Made by a program: the position numbers and the translations under genes | In this document: one piece after another, positions 23,701 to 32,825 of the stretch | Layout of the letters: the number at the start of each line of letters is the position of its first letter | Numbering within the stretch: the first letter of the stretch is position 1 | Notes under the pieces: model-generated | Told to the model about the DNA's origin: nothing | What the model saw: only the letters and a program-made list of their open reading frames with translations | The model's database searches: none | From: Diadema antillarum | Taxonomy: Eukaryota | Reading direction: 5' to 3' | Assembly: GCF_040938485.1 (NCBI RefSeq) | Contig: NW_027270975.1 | Span: 1,302,001 to 1,366,000 of the forward strand | Length of the DNA stretch: 64,000 bases

Positions 23701-26700
23701 AGTCCCATTCTCATGATCCACATCTGCCGACCTCTGGCAATGCCCCTATCAAGACAGAGGATAAAGATCGGTTGAATGTTCATGGCTTCAATCTCCATGG
23801 CAACGATTCTCACAACAGGCAGCAGATGACACCATCACCAGCATCAGTTGTCACACAGCGCTTTTTCCCAAGCAGCCCAGTTCTTCCAAGCCAAAACACA
23901 AATGCAGGGACTTTGGGAAGGATACAACATCCGGAGGAAAGAACACACGTGGTCATGTGGTCAATTCACAGAACACAAGATTTCAGCATCGCGAGCAGCA
24001 GTTGCTGCAGTCGGAACGTAAAGTGCGCACATTTAATAAGCAATCCCTGCATGTTGAAGCCACTAACCCCCAACAGAGTGTGTCCTTTAACTCCAGCAAT
24101 CCCTCCTCCTCTTCCTCTGCTGTGAGATTGCATGGTTCGACACGCCCGAGTTTTTCCCGAAGCTTGAGCAGCTCAGGGTTGAATGAACTTGTGTATGCTG
24201 GTGCCGAGACTAACAATAATGAGGTCACTGGCACGGGTGATGCATTTTCGTCCCTTGATGATGCTGTCAAGATGTTGTCGCACTGGAGCAGTGAGATCCA
24301 AAAACTGAGTGACCCATACCGTTCGGATGACTCTAACCGTAACACGCATGCTGTAGAGTGCAGAGGTCAATCTCCCGCTCCCACTCACCACCATCATCAC
24401 AGCAGCCAATCAGATGCCCGGACTAACTCCCATCACCACACCCACACCCTCCAATCAAATGGGAGCTACCATTTCACATCTCAAAACTTGACCAATCACA
24501 GGCCACAGGCCACATCCACGCCCAGGAAGGGGCTCGATGAAGTGGATCTGCACATTGACGAACCCACGGAGACGGACATCCCGAAAGGTGTGGTGGCCGA
24601 CCGGACATGTGAGTAGAAGAATATATACTTTTTCATAGATGACCACTTTTCATGGGATTCCATCAGGCAGAATAGAATTGTCCATCTCTGTAGTTTTTCT
24701 CCCTCAATTATGAATGATTCCCTTCTAAGGGTTAAACCAAAATAAAGCAATTATTAGGCTTCAGTACTTTTTAAATGTTTCAATGGTGTTAAACATGAGA
24801 GATAGGTATCTGCAATCCATCTGTAGGAAGCCAAGAACAAGAATGAAGAAGTAGAATATAATGACAAACTAAGTCTAACCTTCAGCATTATCACCTTCCA
24901 ATTTTTGTTTTTGATGACAATAAACCCCATAAGAAAACTTTTGAGGAGGAAAACATGATTGAAAAATATGATTATTGCTAATACCTTTCCCTGAAAGTAA
25001 TTTTTTCTGTTCATCTTTTTGTTTGTTTCACAAAAGACTCCATGGAAAGATCACTGAGCCCCCCTCCAGCCCAGCAGACAAATTCTCGCCCACCTCGCCG
25101 CACCAACTCCCAATCAGGCTATGATTCAGACACGGGCATCCAACAGTACTACCGCCCACCACGCCGGCGCAACCTGGTGGACCCCAGCGCAGAAGTGTGG
25201 TTGCAGAACCCTGGTGGCCTTCCAAAGAAAGTATGTCATCGGCCTCACCATCAAAACCAGAAACTTGACAATCCCAATAAAATGTAGTGTTCATATGTGC
25301 ATATTTCTGGCCATTTAGTTTTTATGCAAAACTGTGTCATCCCTTCATACTCCTCATAAGATATTATAGGTGATAAGTAATGAAATGTCAATAGTGACAG
25401 TCATTGAATACTGATTAACTTTCATTCCTCCCAGCATGAATGATACTGGATTTACCCCCATTTTCTAGAACCCATGAAGATATAGGAAGACCACCATGTT
25501 TATAAAACATGTTGCATCATTTCCTGTTGTTTTTCTTTCTCTTCTGTGATAATCTATCACAGGAAAATGAGCACTGGAATAGAACAGAAGGTCTGAAGAA
25601 ACAGAATGGTCAGAAACCAGTTGACTCCTATGACCTGAGCTCATCCACAGAAAGCATATCGGGAGCCAAGACGCCCAAATTTCCAGTCGGACCTCGTGCC
25701 TATGCCAACATGACAAAGACTTTCATCGTCATGTCTGGGGCACCCCCACATGGTATGGCTGAAGTCAGTACTAAGATCTAGAGAGAGTAGAAAAGAACAG
25801 CAAGGCTAAGCATTTATGATCATGGCAACAAAACAATCCTTAATACCTCTGTCAAAACATAATATATATGCAAAGGTGACATATGTTACCACAGACAGAA
25901 TGAAGGAACCAGAAAATAGTGTCATGGGAAAGTGGGAAAAAGTTACATGGACTTGCAGGAGTAGTGTGGACAAACACTGCAAACTTGTTGGCACAGAAAT
26001 ACGAGAAGAATATGTATTTAGTGGAGATTAGTAGAAATGTTGACATCAACATAACTTTACATATCATGTATTTGATATAATTTTGCCCACTCGAGTACAT
26101 TCTATGTTTTGATATAATCAAAATGTTGATTTTGATTGGTACCTGGGACTAACATCATAGGGAAAAATAAAGATATGATGAAACATATTTCTCTCTACCC
26201 CATTATATGTATACAATATACCATGTACTATAAAACATGATATATTTGCGGCATGAAATTTTCACGAATTGGAGCCGATGGCTTTTTCGTGGCATGAAAT
26301 TCTGGCAAATTGCCACTGGCATTTAATGCTTATAGTGTAGACAAGAACTTTCGTGTGCATTTTCATTATGTGAATCTTGGCACTTGCAGAATTCGCGAAA
26401 TTAAAATGCATGCAGAGACTCCAACTCTCCCGTTTTCGACGGGAGATCTCCCGCCAATTTTTGCAAAATCTCCCGTTCTCCCACTTGAGATTTAATTTCT
26501 CCCGCCCTGGCTCTGTGTCTCCCGTTGGAAAGGATTTCTTACTTATTGCTTACTTATTGCTAAAAAAAAGCCTTTAATAGCACCAGAGAGCATCAAGAAC
26601 CCTAGGAACTTCGCGCTTCGCACACATCAACTTGGAGTCTCCCGTTTGCTAGGGGTTTCAGGCGGGAGAATCTCCAGATCAGAAGGTGCTTGGGGTTGGA

Positions 26701-29700
26701 GTCTCTGTGCATGTGAACATTCCTCGTTTTACAGTATATAAATATGTATATCATCCTTTGTCCGTTTCTCATGATGTCTCTGTCTTTTGTCTCTCTCTTT
26801 CTCTTGTCCTCCTGTCTTTTTTTCTTTGTATTTTTTTTTTATATTTCTCTCTCTGACAGGACCGGATGAGCCCCACCCCTTGTCCCCCATGAGGAGACAG
26901 GACAGTGACACATTTGACAACTCTTCTTTGCCAGCTGATGACAGTGGCCCAGAGATGTATGCCCCGCCCCCATCAAGGGCAGAACCAGTTGTGCCTACTC
27001 CTACACCTGCAGTGCACTTGTACACACAACAGGCTAGGACTCCAACAGCACTGGATGATGTAAGCCTCGCAATATGTTTGTTTTTTTCCAGGGCAAGAAA
27101 TGTTTTCTCCCTGTTTATTTCATTTACTTTTGTGAATATCAGAAAAACTCACAATGATGTATTAAACATTGCCAAATTAATTTTTGCCAGGATATACCAT
27201 ATTGCTTCCATCACAACTTTATGCTTCTCAAATCACAAAATTTTGAATATACCCTCTGTACTGCACAGATTATGCAAATACACCCTTTTTCTCCATGATA
27301 CAGATATGATAAGATTAATCTTTAGGGTGGTGGCTTAGAAGTTTGCTATTCCATGTAAGACTGATAGTGTGAAATCAGCAACTTTGCATTAACATCTACG
27401 ATCAATTCTCTGTGATAAGCAAGATTGACAAAGCATTAGTGTCATGTCTGAAGAGGAGCGTTTGAATCCCTCCCTTTCCCTCNNNNNNNNNNNNNNNNNN
27501 NNNNNNNNNNNNNNNNNNNNNNNNNNNNNNNNNNNNNNNNNNNNNNNNNNNNNNNNNNNNNNNNNNNNNNNNNNNNNNNNNNNNNNNNNNNNNNNNNNNN
27601 NNNNNNNNNNNNNNNNNNNNNNNNNNNNNNNNNNNNNNNNNNNNNNNNNNNNNNNNNNNNNNNNNNNNNNNNNNNNNNNNNNNNNNNNNNNNNNNNNNNN
27701 NNNNNNNNNNNNNNNNNNNNNNNNNNNNNNNNNNNNNNNNNNNNNNNNNNNNNNNNNNNNNNNNNNNNNNNNNNNNNNNNNNNNNNNNNNNNNNNNNNNN
27801 NNNNNNNNNNNNNNNNNNNNNNNNNNNNNNNNNNNNNNNNNNNNNNNNNNNNNNNNNNNNNNNNNNNNNNNNNNNNNNNNNNNNNNNNTCTTTTCCTTCA
27901 GGATGCACTGACACAGTTGGAGTATCTAGAGAGTGAACCTTGGATGGGAAAGAGTCCCCAGGTTAAGACCACTCCCAAAAGGATGGAGGCGGAACCCTGG
28001 ACCCTCCAGATTCCACAGTTGACTCCGACCAGTACAACATCCATCACCACTGGCCCAATACCAGCCATGATGACTGGAGCTCCATACTCCACAACTACCA
28101 CCACCACCACCAGTGTCCAGTGGAGGAGAGAAGGTAGCAACCAACAGCCGGTTGAGGTTGCCCCCATTGAGGTAGACCTTAGGGGCGCTGAGGAGGCAAG
28201 GAGAAAAAAGAGGTATGTTTGGCTTTTAGGGATGAAGATCAACAATATGTTTGTACCCACAGAAATATTGTTTGATGGTGTTTTCATCAAATTTCACAAA
28301 ACAAAAATGTTGTATTGTCTTCTGTTCTTTCTTTTTCTTTAATTCAGGCATTTACCAGGATGGAATGTTATAGTTTTTTAGTCATTTGTATGTCAAGATA
28401 GTTAGACTGTGATGATTTCATTTTTGTCATTTAGCTTCTACATTGATTTAGAGTGTCTTTCACTTTGTAGGACTTTTTTTATTAGTCAAAGAATAAAAAC
28501 ACATATTTGGTGTTGTTGTATCATATTTGATAGATATCTATGAAAGAAATGTTTCTCTTTAAACTTGTAGTAGTTTCATATGTGGCTTTGAAAAGATTAT
28601 GTCAGTATCGTTTGCCACTGACCGTGCTTGTTTACTATCTATATCTTTTATATCACATAAAGCTTTTGTGTTATTTCATTGCCTTACCCTGTGCTGAAAT
28701 AATTAATGCTTCTTACTACCATTCACTTTACCTATGCTTTTTTTGCCTCAGAAAGCAAATCTCTATAAAACAACAAGATAGTAGTCCTTGTTTGGTTATG
28801 GTGATCAGTGTGCCAGAATAAAGAAGAGTTGTTGCAATGCAAAATCACAACCATGAACATTTATTTTGGTCATGGTATCGCATTTACATAATGAATTCTC
28901 AGAGCTAAGAAAGTGATGAAATTGAAAGAAAATAAGAATCTGTCAAATGATTTTTATTTTTGTCTCCTGAAATGGGAGGCAGTTTGATTTGACAGCTTAC
29001 CTGACACATGTGATACCAATGTAATGTTCCTTGGAACTCTTCAAAATTTGAACTTCAGAACAGTTCTGTTCATTTGCAATGTAGAGATGTCATGCAAATG
29101 AGGGCTATTATTTCATAACATGGCTGCAATTGCAAGTTGACTCAGCTCTAAAATCACATTCATGTTATTGTCATCATGCAATTGAAAAAAAAAAAACCAA
29201 CTATATATATAAAGATATACCTTAAAAATATATATTTAGCTTGTCTCATTTCTTGCAATTCATGATTATCAGGTAATTTTGTGAGTGGTCAAATTCATAC
29301 ATTCATGTCAGGATCAGAGTTAATATTTTTGCATGTTGCAATATTTTGCAAAAATGAAAACCATGCAAAATATATGGTCCATACAGTATGTTAGTCAATG
29401 TCTGCTTCATTTATATATTCTTGTGCATTCTCTGTGTCTTTCTGTTCTTTTCACAAAGTCCTTGTATTCTTTCTAATAGTATCCTGCTATTGTAATGACT
29501 TTTTATTTCATAGTCCTCCACCAACAATGAAAATTGATGATCTTTTAGAGGAGCATTTTCCAACTCCGTAGGTCTTTGCACCAAGTTTCATGTGTCTCTG
29601 TTCATCCCTCACAATTCATTCATTAACATAAAATCCCCCTAATTCATGCCTACCCCTAGGACATAGTTTGCCATTTTCATTTGTAAAGGGTTGCAATTTG

Positions 29701-32700
29701 TTTTACTACAATAACCTAATCTTTTTTTTTCTTTTTTCTTTTTTTTTTTTTTTTTTTGGTGCTTGAAGTGTGATATTGGAGTTTACTGTAAATACACTAT
29801 GTATCAAATAGTTGTACAAACTACAAATCTGTCCATTTCATAGTTACCATGGGAGCAGACATAGTAATTACCATATGTCTTTGTCATGTGATCAAGTTGG
29901 TGAATTTGGTTTGACCCTGCGAGTACTGTTAGTATTACATGTCTAGGAAATAGAATCTTAGAAATTGGTGTAGGCAGGTTGCTTCTCTAGCAATTCTAGC
30001 CTCTCTTTGTTTGCGTGTGTTTGAGGAATCTATGTCTAGAAGGAGAAATCAATTACCTAAAGTTGACAGTAGGTAAAATTAGATTTGCTTTATAAAAATG
30101 ATCATTCCTGAGATGAAAATAGAGAGAGTCAAGTCATTTCTGTTCACAAAGGCATGGAGTTGTTTTGCTTTGTGTTTATAGTGGTAGTGGTTTGTTCATT
30201 TTTTTTTTTGGCAGTAGTTCCATTGTTGTTGTTTTTTACTTTTGTTTTCCTTGCGTGTGTTGTTTGCACAGTAATAATTTAAGTGTAATGGAATTATTCG
30301 CAATCCATTTAATGCCAAAAGCACAGAAAATTTAGCTTTTCTTTTGTCAAATTTAAATAATTGATGTGCTTTTTTTGAAAGCATGTAATTTTGTGTTCAT
30401 TGTGCAAGTTGGTTTCTACTGCAAATTACCGAGGGGAATATTTGGACATGTCATTCATGTAACCATTATGTTTATGACCTTGTATTCCTTTACATGGAAA
30501 TAGAATTATTTGAATTGAATTGACATCAACAAGTGGAACATTAAGAAGAAAAAATAGTATTTTCATTGTATCTCGTCTCACTGGATATGAAACCAATAAT
30601 GGATTCATGTCATTAATATCCCTCTTTTAACAGTATATTGCTTTTTTGTTGTTTGATTAATATAGTTGTTTTTGGTGATGATAGTTACTCATGTCATGTA
30701 ATTCCTCCACATAACATGTTCTTTGCATTAATTCAAATGCTGCATGATTCGTGTAACATGACATTTGAAATGTAATTGATATTCAAACACCTAATGGTTA
30801 GAAGCTCTTATACAAAATATTGGATAAATATGATTTACCCCGGTTGGAAACCTTATGATGTGGTTATCTTCACGATGGAAATACTGTCAAATTCACAAGT
30901 CTACCCAGATTTTCTGCATAGTTTCCTTGGATTGGTATTTATTGCATAATCTCTTAGATATGATGATTTTCACTTTGATGAGAGATTTGAATCTCTTCAT
31001 GGACATTAATATTGATGACACCTTGCATAAATTTGCTTGCATATACGCATTGATGCTGACTTTGCAATAGATCCTGCCATCATTACGTTATAAAATTCAG
31101 CCATACATTTCAACACGTTGAAGACTAGTTCTTAGTATACTCAGACAGGTGTCTATGGGAAATGTGTTTTATAGTAAAATCCGCTTGTCCTAAACAGGGC
31201 CAACAAATTAATTTTGATTCCCTTCCAAATTGATGCTGTATTTGATGTAGTTTTCTGCCATTTATAGCACCCTAAAATACTTCACATGATGTGGACATGA
31301 TGTGTTCTCATTGCTTTCACCCTGCACAGAGTTGTGGAAAGGCCGTTTGTGCCTAAGTATGCCCGGGAGATCAATGCAGCACCCCCTACAGTAGAGACAC
31401 CACTGCCAAGGCCGCCAGCCCCGGTCCAGCCCCGTGTTATGCCCTACTCGGAGCCCCAAGTCCTGCCGGCCCCTCCCCGTGCCCAGCATGTGGTTGAGGA
31501 GCCCATCACAGAGGTGCGCTTGCATCCTGTGGAGGTGGGCCCAATCCAGGTGGTGCCTATTGAGACCCCAGTGGGCATGGACCACAAGGCACAGCTCCCA
31601 ACAAGCAGCACATATCAAGGTACAAGAGGCTGAATGCCTTCATTATCACAATAATGAATATTTAGCACCTTTACACAATGTTGTTGGGCTCATAATGCTT
31701 TAACTAGACATTATTGGTCCATATTGTATCTTCTTATGAAGATGTGTACTTAGCAAACCCTTCCTATAGCAATATTCACTCTCCAGAGTAGTCCAATCAA
31801 AGCAACGTATAAAGCAAAATAGTGGATCAAAATAACATATTTTTCTTTTGCTTTTTTCAACTTAGAATCTGATAATTCCCATTATCTCCAAAATAAAACT
31901 GAGTCAAAAGTTAAACTGAGCTGAGATCAGCAATAGATAGATAGATCCCATAACAGCCACTTTACTTATTTGGTTGAATTCGTCCCAAAGAAATAATGAT
32001 TGGGATCACTTTTGTGTGATGAATCAAATTCTCATCTTATGACACATGTAATTTACATTTGATGATTGACCTGTGCTTCTTGTGATCGTATTTCTCCTAC
32101 ACAGCGAGCTCTCCACAACAAGTGCCAGTCACCGGTGTGCCAAGCCAACAATATCATCAACAGTCCCTCCAAGAGGTGATTACCCCTCCACCCAACTATG
32201 GAACAGCTCACACATCTCCGCCTTCTTATGGAATGACCCAGGTACCTCAACCTCATGTCTCATATGGCATGGTGCAACAACCGCCTACCCCATCTGCTGC
32301 ATACACAACTGTCCAGCAGGTCTCACCCCCATTGTCATATGGAACAGTCCAGGCTATGCCCCAGAGAGCATTAGTTTCCAATGCCGGCCAGGAACCAACC
32401 ATTACGCATCAGAGGGTAGGCGTGAGAGAGATCACCCAGACAGAGACAATCCCAGGATCACAGGTAGCACCCCATCATTATCAGCAACCGCAACAGCAAC
32501 CCTTGCTGCAACAGCAACAGTCACCCATTGTGCAGGCTGCTCAACCACAGCAACCACTTCTGCAGCAACAACATTCTCCTGTTGTGCAACATGTGCAGCC
32601 ACAGCAGCTTCAACAGGAGTCGCAACCACAGCAACCTCAAGAACAGGCGGGGATAGTGGCCAGTGAGCGTCTCCTGAGCCAGCCCAAACCAGCCGTCCAG

Positions 32701-32825
32701 TATCCAACGTTCAGCGACAGACACCGAAAGGCTGCCCGGGGTCCTGCAGAAGATGCCCTGCCCAATGGAGGAGCGGGATACAGAACCATCTATGACAACA
32801 GGCGACAGAGGTCTTCTCTTGGAAA
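2716..32825 (+). CDS. TNS: Tensin gene, partial multi-exon model (PTEN-like PTP + C2 domains, long disordered region; C1 and SH2-PTB exons not found in window)
   Basis: Spliced translation YSFEIEVDYITERLIAVSFP...NLRDVVRMLQNKH...FNLS...GWP...LHCKGGRG...MDRFAMKRF...PSQRRYIDYF...[28 protein letters not shown]...YTSGVY...[16 protein letters not shown]...FRCQFHT...DDPLIRWDSYEHF and DGSLYAQVKK match the vertebrate tensin N-terminal region as recalled. All junctions are GT-AG with matching phases, except for the frame switch inside 22133-24608. Confidence 0.96.
3159..3250. mobile_element. Mini-MITE, piggyBac-like termini (family P, copy 1)
   Basis: tgaa-cctgttgaggacg...cgtcctcaatggg-ttaa; homologous to 49200-49292. 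Confidence 0.75.
3347..3736. mobile_element. TTAA-flanked MITE, Kolobok-like termini (family A, copy 1)
   Basis: TTAA|agggatcgtacagttctggttgaga ... tctcaaccaaaactgtactatccct|TTAA plus long internal inverted repeats. Confidence 0.85.
5682..6446. mobile_element. TA-flanked Tc1/mariner-type MITE (family C1) interrupted by an RTE LINE fragment
   Basis: 5682-5795 and 6355-6446 together align with the intact copy 9016-9230; termini tactgtaaaagtgg ... ttacagta. Confidence 0.82.
5796..6342 (+). mobile_element. 5'-truncated RTE-clade non-LTR retrotransposon (RT C-terminal region) with 12-bp TSD
   Basis: ORF 5800-6324 with LLYGAETWTL, FEMxCLRKI and RRLRYFGHLIRM...GKRPQGRPPKRW typical of RTE ORF2; tail aggtcaaggtc; TSD ATATATAGCAAT at 5784-5795 and 6343-6354. 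Confidence 0.93.
7160..7292 (+). CDS. TNS: Candidate alternative (first or cassette) tensin exon: SPYMSQKLQECERSDPTVMKLYEENDYNETAEVVAKALAPTELK
   Basis: About 120 nt of pyrimidine-rich, AG-free sequence ends in ccag at 7159; donor AAA|gtaagc is phase 0 and fits acceptor 7607. Its acceptor is phase 2, so it does not follow 2769 directly; ATGs at 7170 and 7215. Confidence 0.45.
7607..7929 (+). CDS. TNS: Tensin exon, phase 0/2: TSPEGKSG...PSTPTSPTPP...QQQQQQPQQHQQQH...TIGIK
   Basis: atccag| acceptor, open frame of 107 codons + 2 nt, AA|gtgggt donor; AA+G gives Lys in frame with 8655. Confidence 0.82.
8655..8722 (+). CDS. TNS: Tensin exon, phase 2/1: SGDGLVRYSFEIEVDYITERLI (start of PTP-like domain)
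   Basis: ttgttgcttttcag| acceptor, G|gtaagt donor; YITERLI corresponds to tensin/PTEN YVTERII. Confidence 0.93.
8760..8970. mobile_element. TA-flanked Tc1/mariner-type MITE (family C2)
   Basis: tactgtaaaacgaggaatg ... catgttttacag; internal ttcgcgaaa repeats; reverse-complement homolog at 26226-26736. Confidence 0.82.
9016..9230. mobile_element. TA-flanked Tc1/mariner-type MITE (family C1, intact)
   Basis: Perfect 15-bp termini tactgtaaaagtgga / tccacttttacagta. Confidence 0.88.
9898..10046 (+). CDS. TNS: Tensin exon, phase 1/0: AVSFPAGGLENQYRSNLRDVVRMLQNKHQNSYVVFNLSRRRHDIAKLNQE
   Basis: tctctag| acceptor, GAG|gtgcac donor; clear PTP-like domain homology. Confidence 0.96.
10502..10553. repeat. 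Tandem duplication, 2 x 26 bp
   Basis: tctgatatttcttcatcactt(c/a)atgt twice. Confidence 0.92.
11786..11908 (+). CDS. TNS: Tensin exon, phase 0/0: VRDLGWPNVLAPPLERLCSICKQIETWMKTNPNNVVVLHCK
   Basis: taaag| acceptor, AAG|gtaggt donor; 41 codons. Confidence 0.96.
12784..12848 (+). CDS. TNS: Tensin exon, phase 0/2: GGRGPIGVVVSAFMNYMHITS
   Basis: cctttttccag| acceptor, AA|gtaagt donor; completes the P-loop. Confidence 0.96.
13228..13424 (+). CDS. TNS: Tensin exon, phase 2/1: TESSMDRFAMKRF...PSQRRYIDYFTGLL...[18 protein letters not shown]
   Basis: attctag| acceptor, G|gtagag donor; PTP to C2 junction. Confidence 0.96.
14260..14320 (+). CDS. TNS: Tensin exon, phase 1/2: [20 protein letters not shown]
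   Basis: tatccag| acceptor, TA|gtgagt donor; C2 domain. Confidence 0.96.
14867..14939 (+). CDS. TNS: Tensin exon, phase 2/0: YTVPEGTSRFAITPERALSLRGDIL
   Basis: tgtttctttag| acceptor, CTT|gtaagt donor. Confidence 0.95.
15801..15930 (+). CDS. TNS: Tensin exon, phase 0/1: [43 protein letters not shown]
   Basis: gtgcag| acceptor, CAG|gtgaga donor; C2 domain. Confidence 0.96.
16352..16525 (+). CDS. TNS: Tensin exon, phase 1/1: DARFPDFTKVELIFS...DDPLIRWDSYEHFNDIIEGPE
   Basis: ttcctcatcag| acceptor, AAG|gtatct donor; ends with the tensin DPLIRWDSY motif. Confidence 0.96.
16822..17195 (+). CDS. TNS: Tensin exon, phase 1/0: DGGGDLN...DGSLYAQVKK...MALDELLKGI...SPENQ
   Basis: ctccctaccag| acceptor, CAG|gtatca donor; DGSLYAxVKK tensin motif. 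Confidence 0.93.
18029..19818 (+). CDS. TNS: Tensin large disordered-region exon (1790 nt), phase 0/2
   Basis: cccaccag| acceptor, GG|gtaagt donor; uninterrupted P/Q/S/N-rich frame inside ORF 17909-19822. Confidence 0.93.
18257..18292 (+). repeat. Coding CAG/CAA tract (12 Gln)
   Basis: (cag)6 caa cag caa cag caa cag. Confidence 0.95.
18862..18980 (+). repeat. Coding (CAGCCC)n hexamer tract encoding (QP)n
   Basis: Translation AQPQPQPQPQPQPQPQFQPQLQPQPQPLL...QPQPQPQ. Confidence 0.92.
19955..20066. repeat. Tandem duplication, 2 x 56 bp
   Basis: caggaaatttca(a/g)agtaggcc(a/g)tattgtgtgaaactatagtgtcattttcacattt twice; 2 mismatches. Confidence 0.95.
21825..22124 (+). promoter_or_regulatory. 300-nt AG-exclusion zone with putative distant branch point (ctgat/ttaac, about 21947-21955) and long pyrimidine tract
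   Basis: No AG dinucleotide read between 21824 and 22125; the first AGs are the in-frame acceptors 22126 (AAG) and 22132 (CAG). Confidence 0.75.
22133..24608 (+). CDS. TNS: Giant tensin disordered-region exon (2476 nt) with an internal -1 frame switch
   Basis: Acceptor 22133 (phase 2) fits donor 19818 in the frame of ORF 22155-24125; donor T|gtgagt at 24608 (phase 1) fits acceptor 25037 only in the frame of ORF 23957-24616. Confidence 0.78.
25037..25230 (+). CDS. TNS: Tensin exon, phase 1/0: YSMERSLSPPP...VDPSAEVWLQNPGGLPKK
   Basis: tttcacaaaag| acceptor, AAA|gtatgt donor. Confidence 0.85.
25563..25752 (+). CDS. TNS: Tensin exon, phase 0/1: ENEHWNRTE...GAKTPKFPVGPRAY...GAPPH
   Basis: Long pyrimidine tract and atcacag| acceptor, G|gtatgg donor. 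Confidence 0.87.
26226..26736. mobile_element. Family C2 MITE (opposite orientation) interrupted by a 295-bp TIR element
   Basis: Flanks join to give the reverse complement of 8760-8970. Confidence 0.83.
26413..26707. mobile_element. Non-autonomous hAT-like element with 13-bp TIRs and 6-bp TSD
   Basis: CAGAGACTCCAAC ... GTTGGAGTCTCTG; TGCATG at 26407-26412 and 26708-26713; many subterminal TCTCCCG repeats. Confidence 0.85.
26860..27059 (+). CDS. TNS: Tensin exon, phase 1/0: GPDEPHPLSPMRRQDS...ARTPTALDD
   Basis: About 120-nt pyrimidine-rich AG-free tract ending ctgacag|, donor GAT|gtaagc. Confidence 0.88.
27483..27888. other. Assembly gap (406 N)
   Basis: Run of N ending 13 nt before the exon at 27902. 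Confidence 1.
27902..28212 (+). CDS. TNS: Tensin exon, phase 0/2: DALTQLEYLESEPW...EEARRKKR
   Basis: tcttttccttcag| acceptor just after the N-gap, AG|gtatgt donor. Confidence 0.87.
29514..29567 (+). CDS. TNS: 54-nt symmetric (phase 2/2) tensin microexon: (S)PPPTMKIDDLLEEHFPT(P)
   Basis: ttttatttcatag| acceptor, CC|gtaggt donor; in frame between 28212 and 31330. Too short for the ORF track. Confidence 0.72.
31109..31203. mobile_element. Degenerate family P mini-MITE (copy 2)
   Basis: caacacgttgaagactagttcttagtatactcagacaggtgtctatgggaaatg... aligns with the other two copies. Confidence 0.6.
31330..31619 (+). CDS. TNS: Tensin exon, phase 2/1: VVERPFVPKYARE...TSSTYQ
   Basis: ccctgcacag| acceptor, AAG|gtacaa donor; GC-rich, Pro/Val-rich frame. 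Confidence 0.88.
32105..32825 (+). CDS. TNS: Tensin exon, phase 1/2: ASSPQQVPVTG...SYGM...QQPLLQQQ...YRTIYDNRRQRSSLGK
   Basis: About 110-nt AG-free zone ending ctacacag|, donor AA|gtaagt. Confidence 0.88.
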
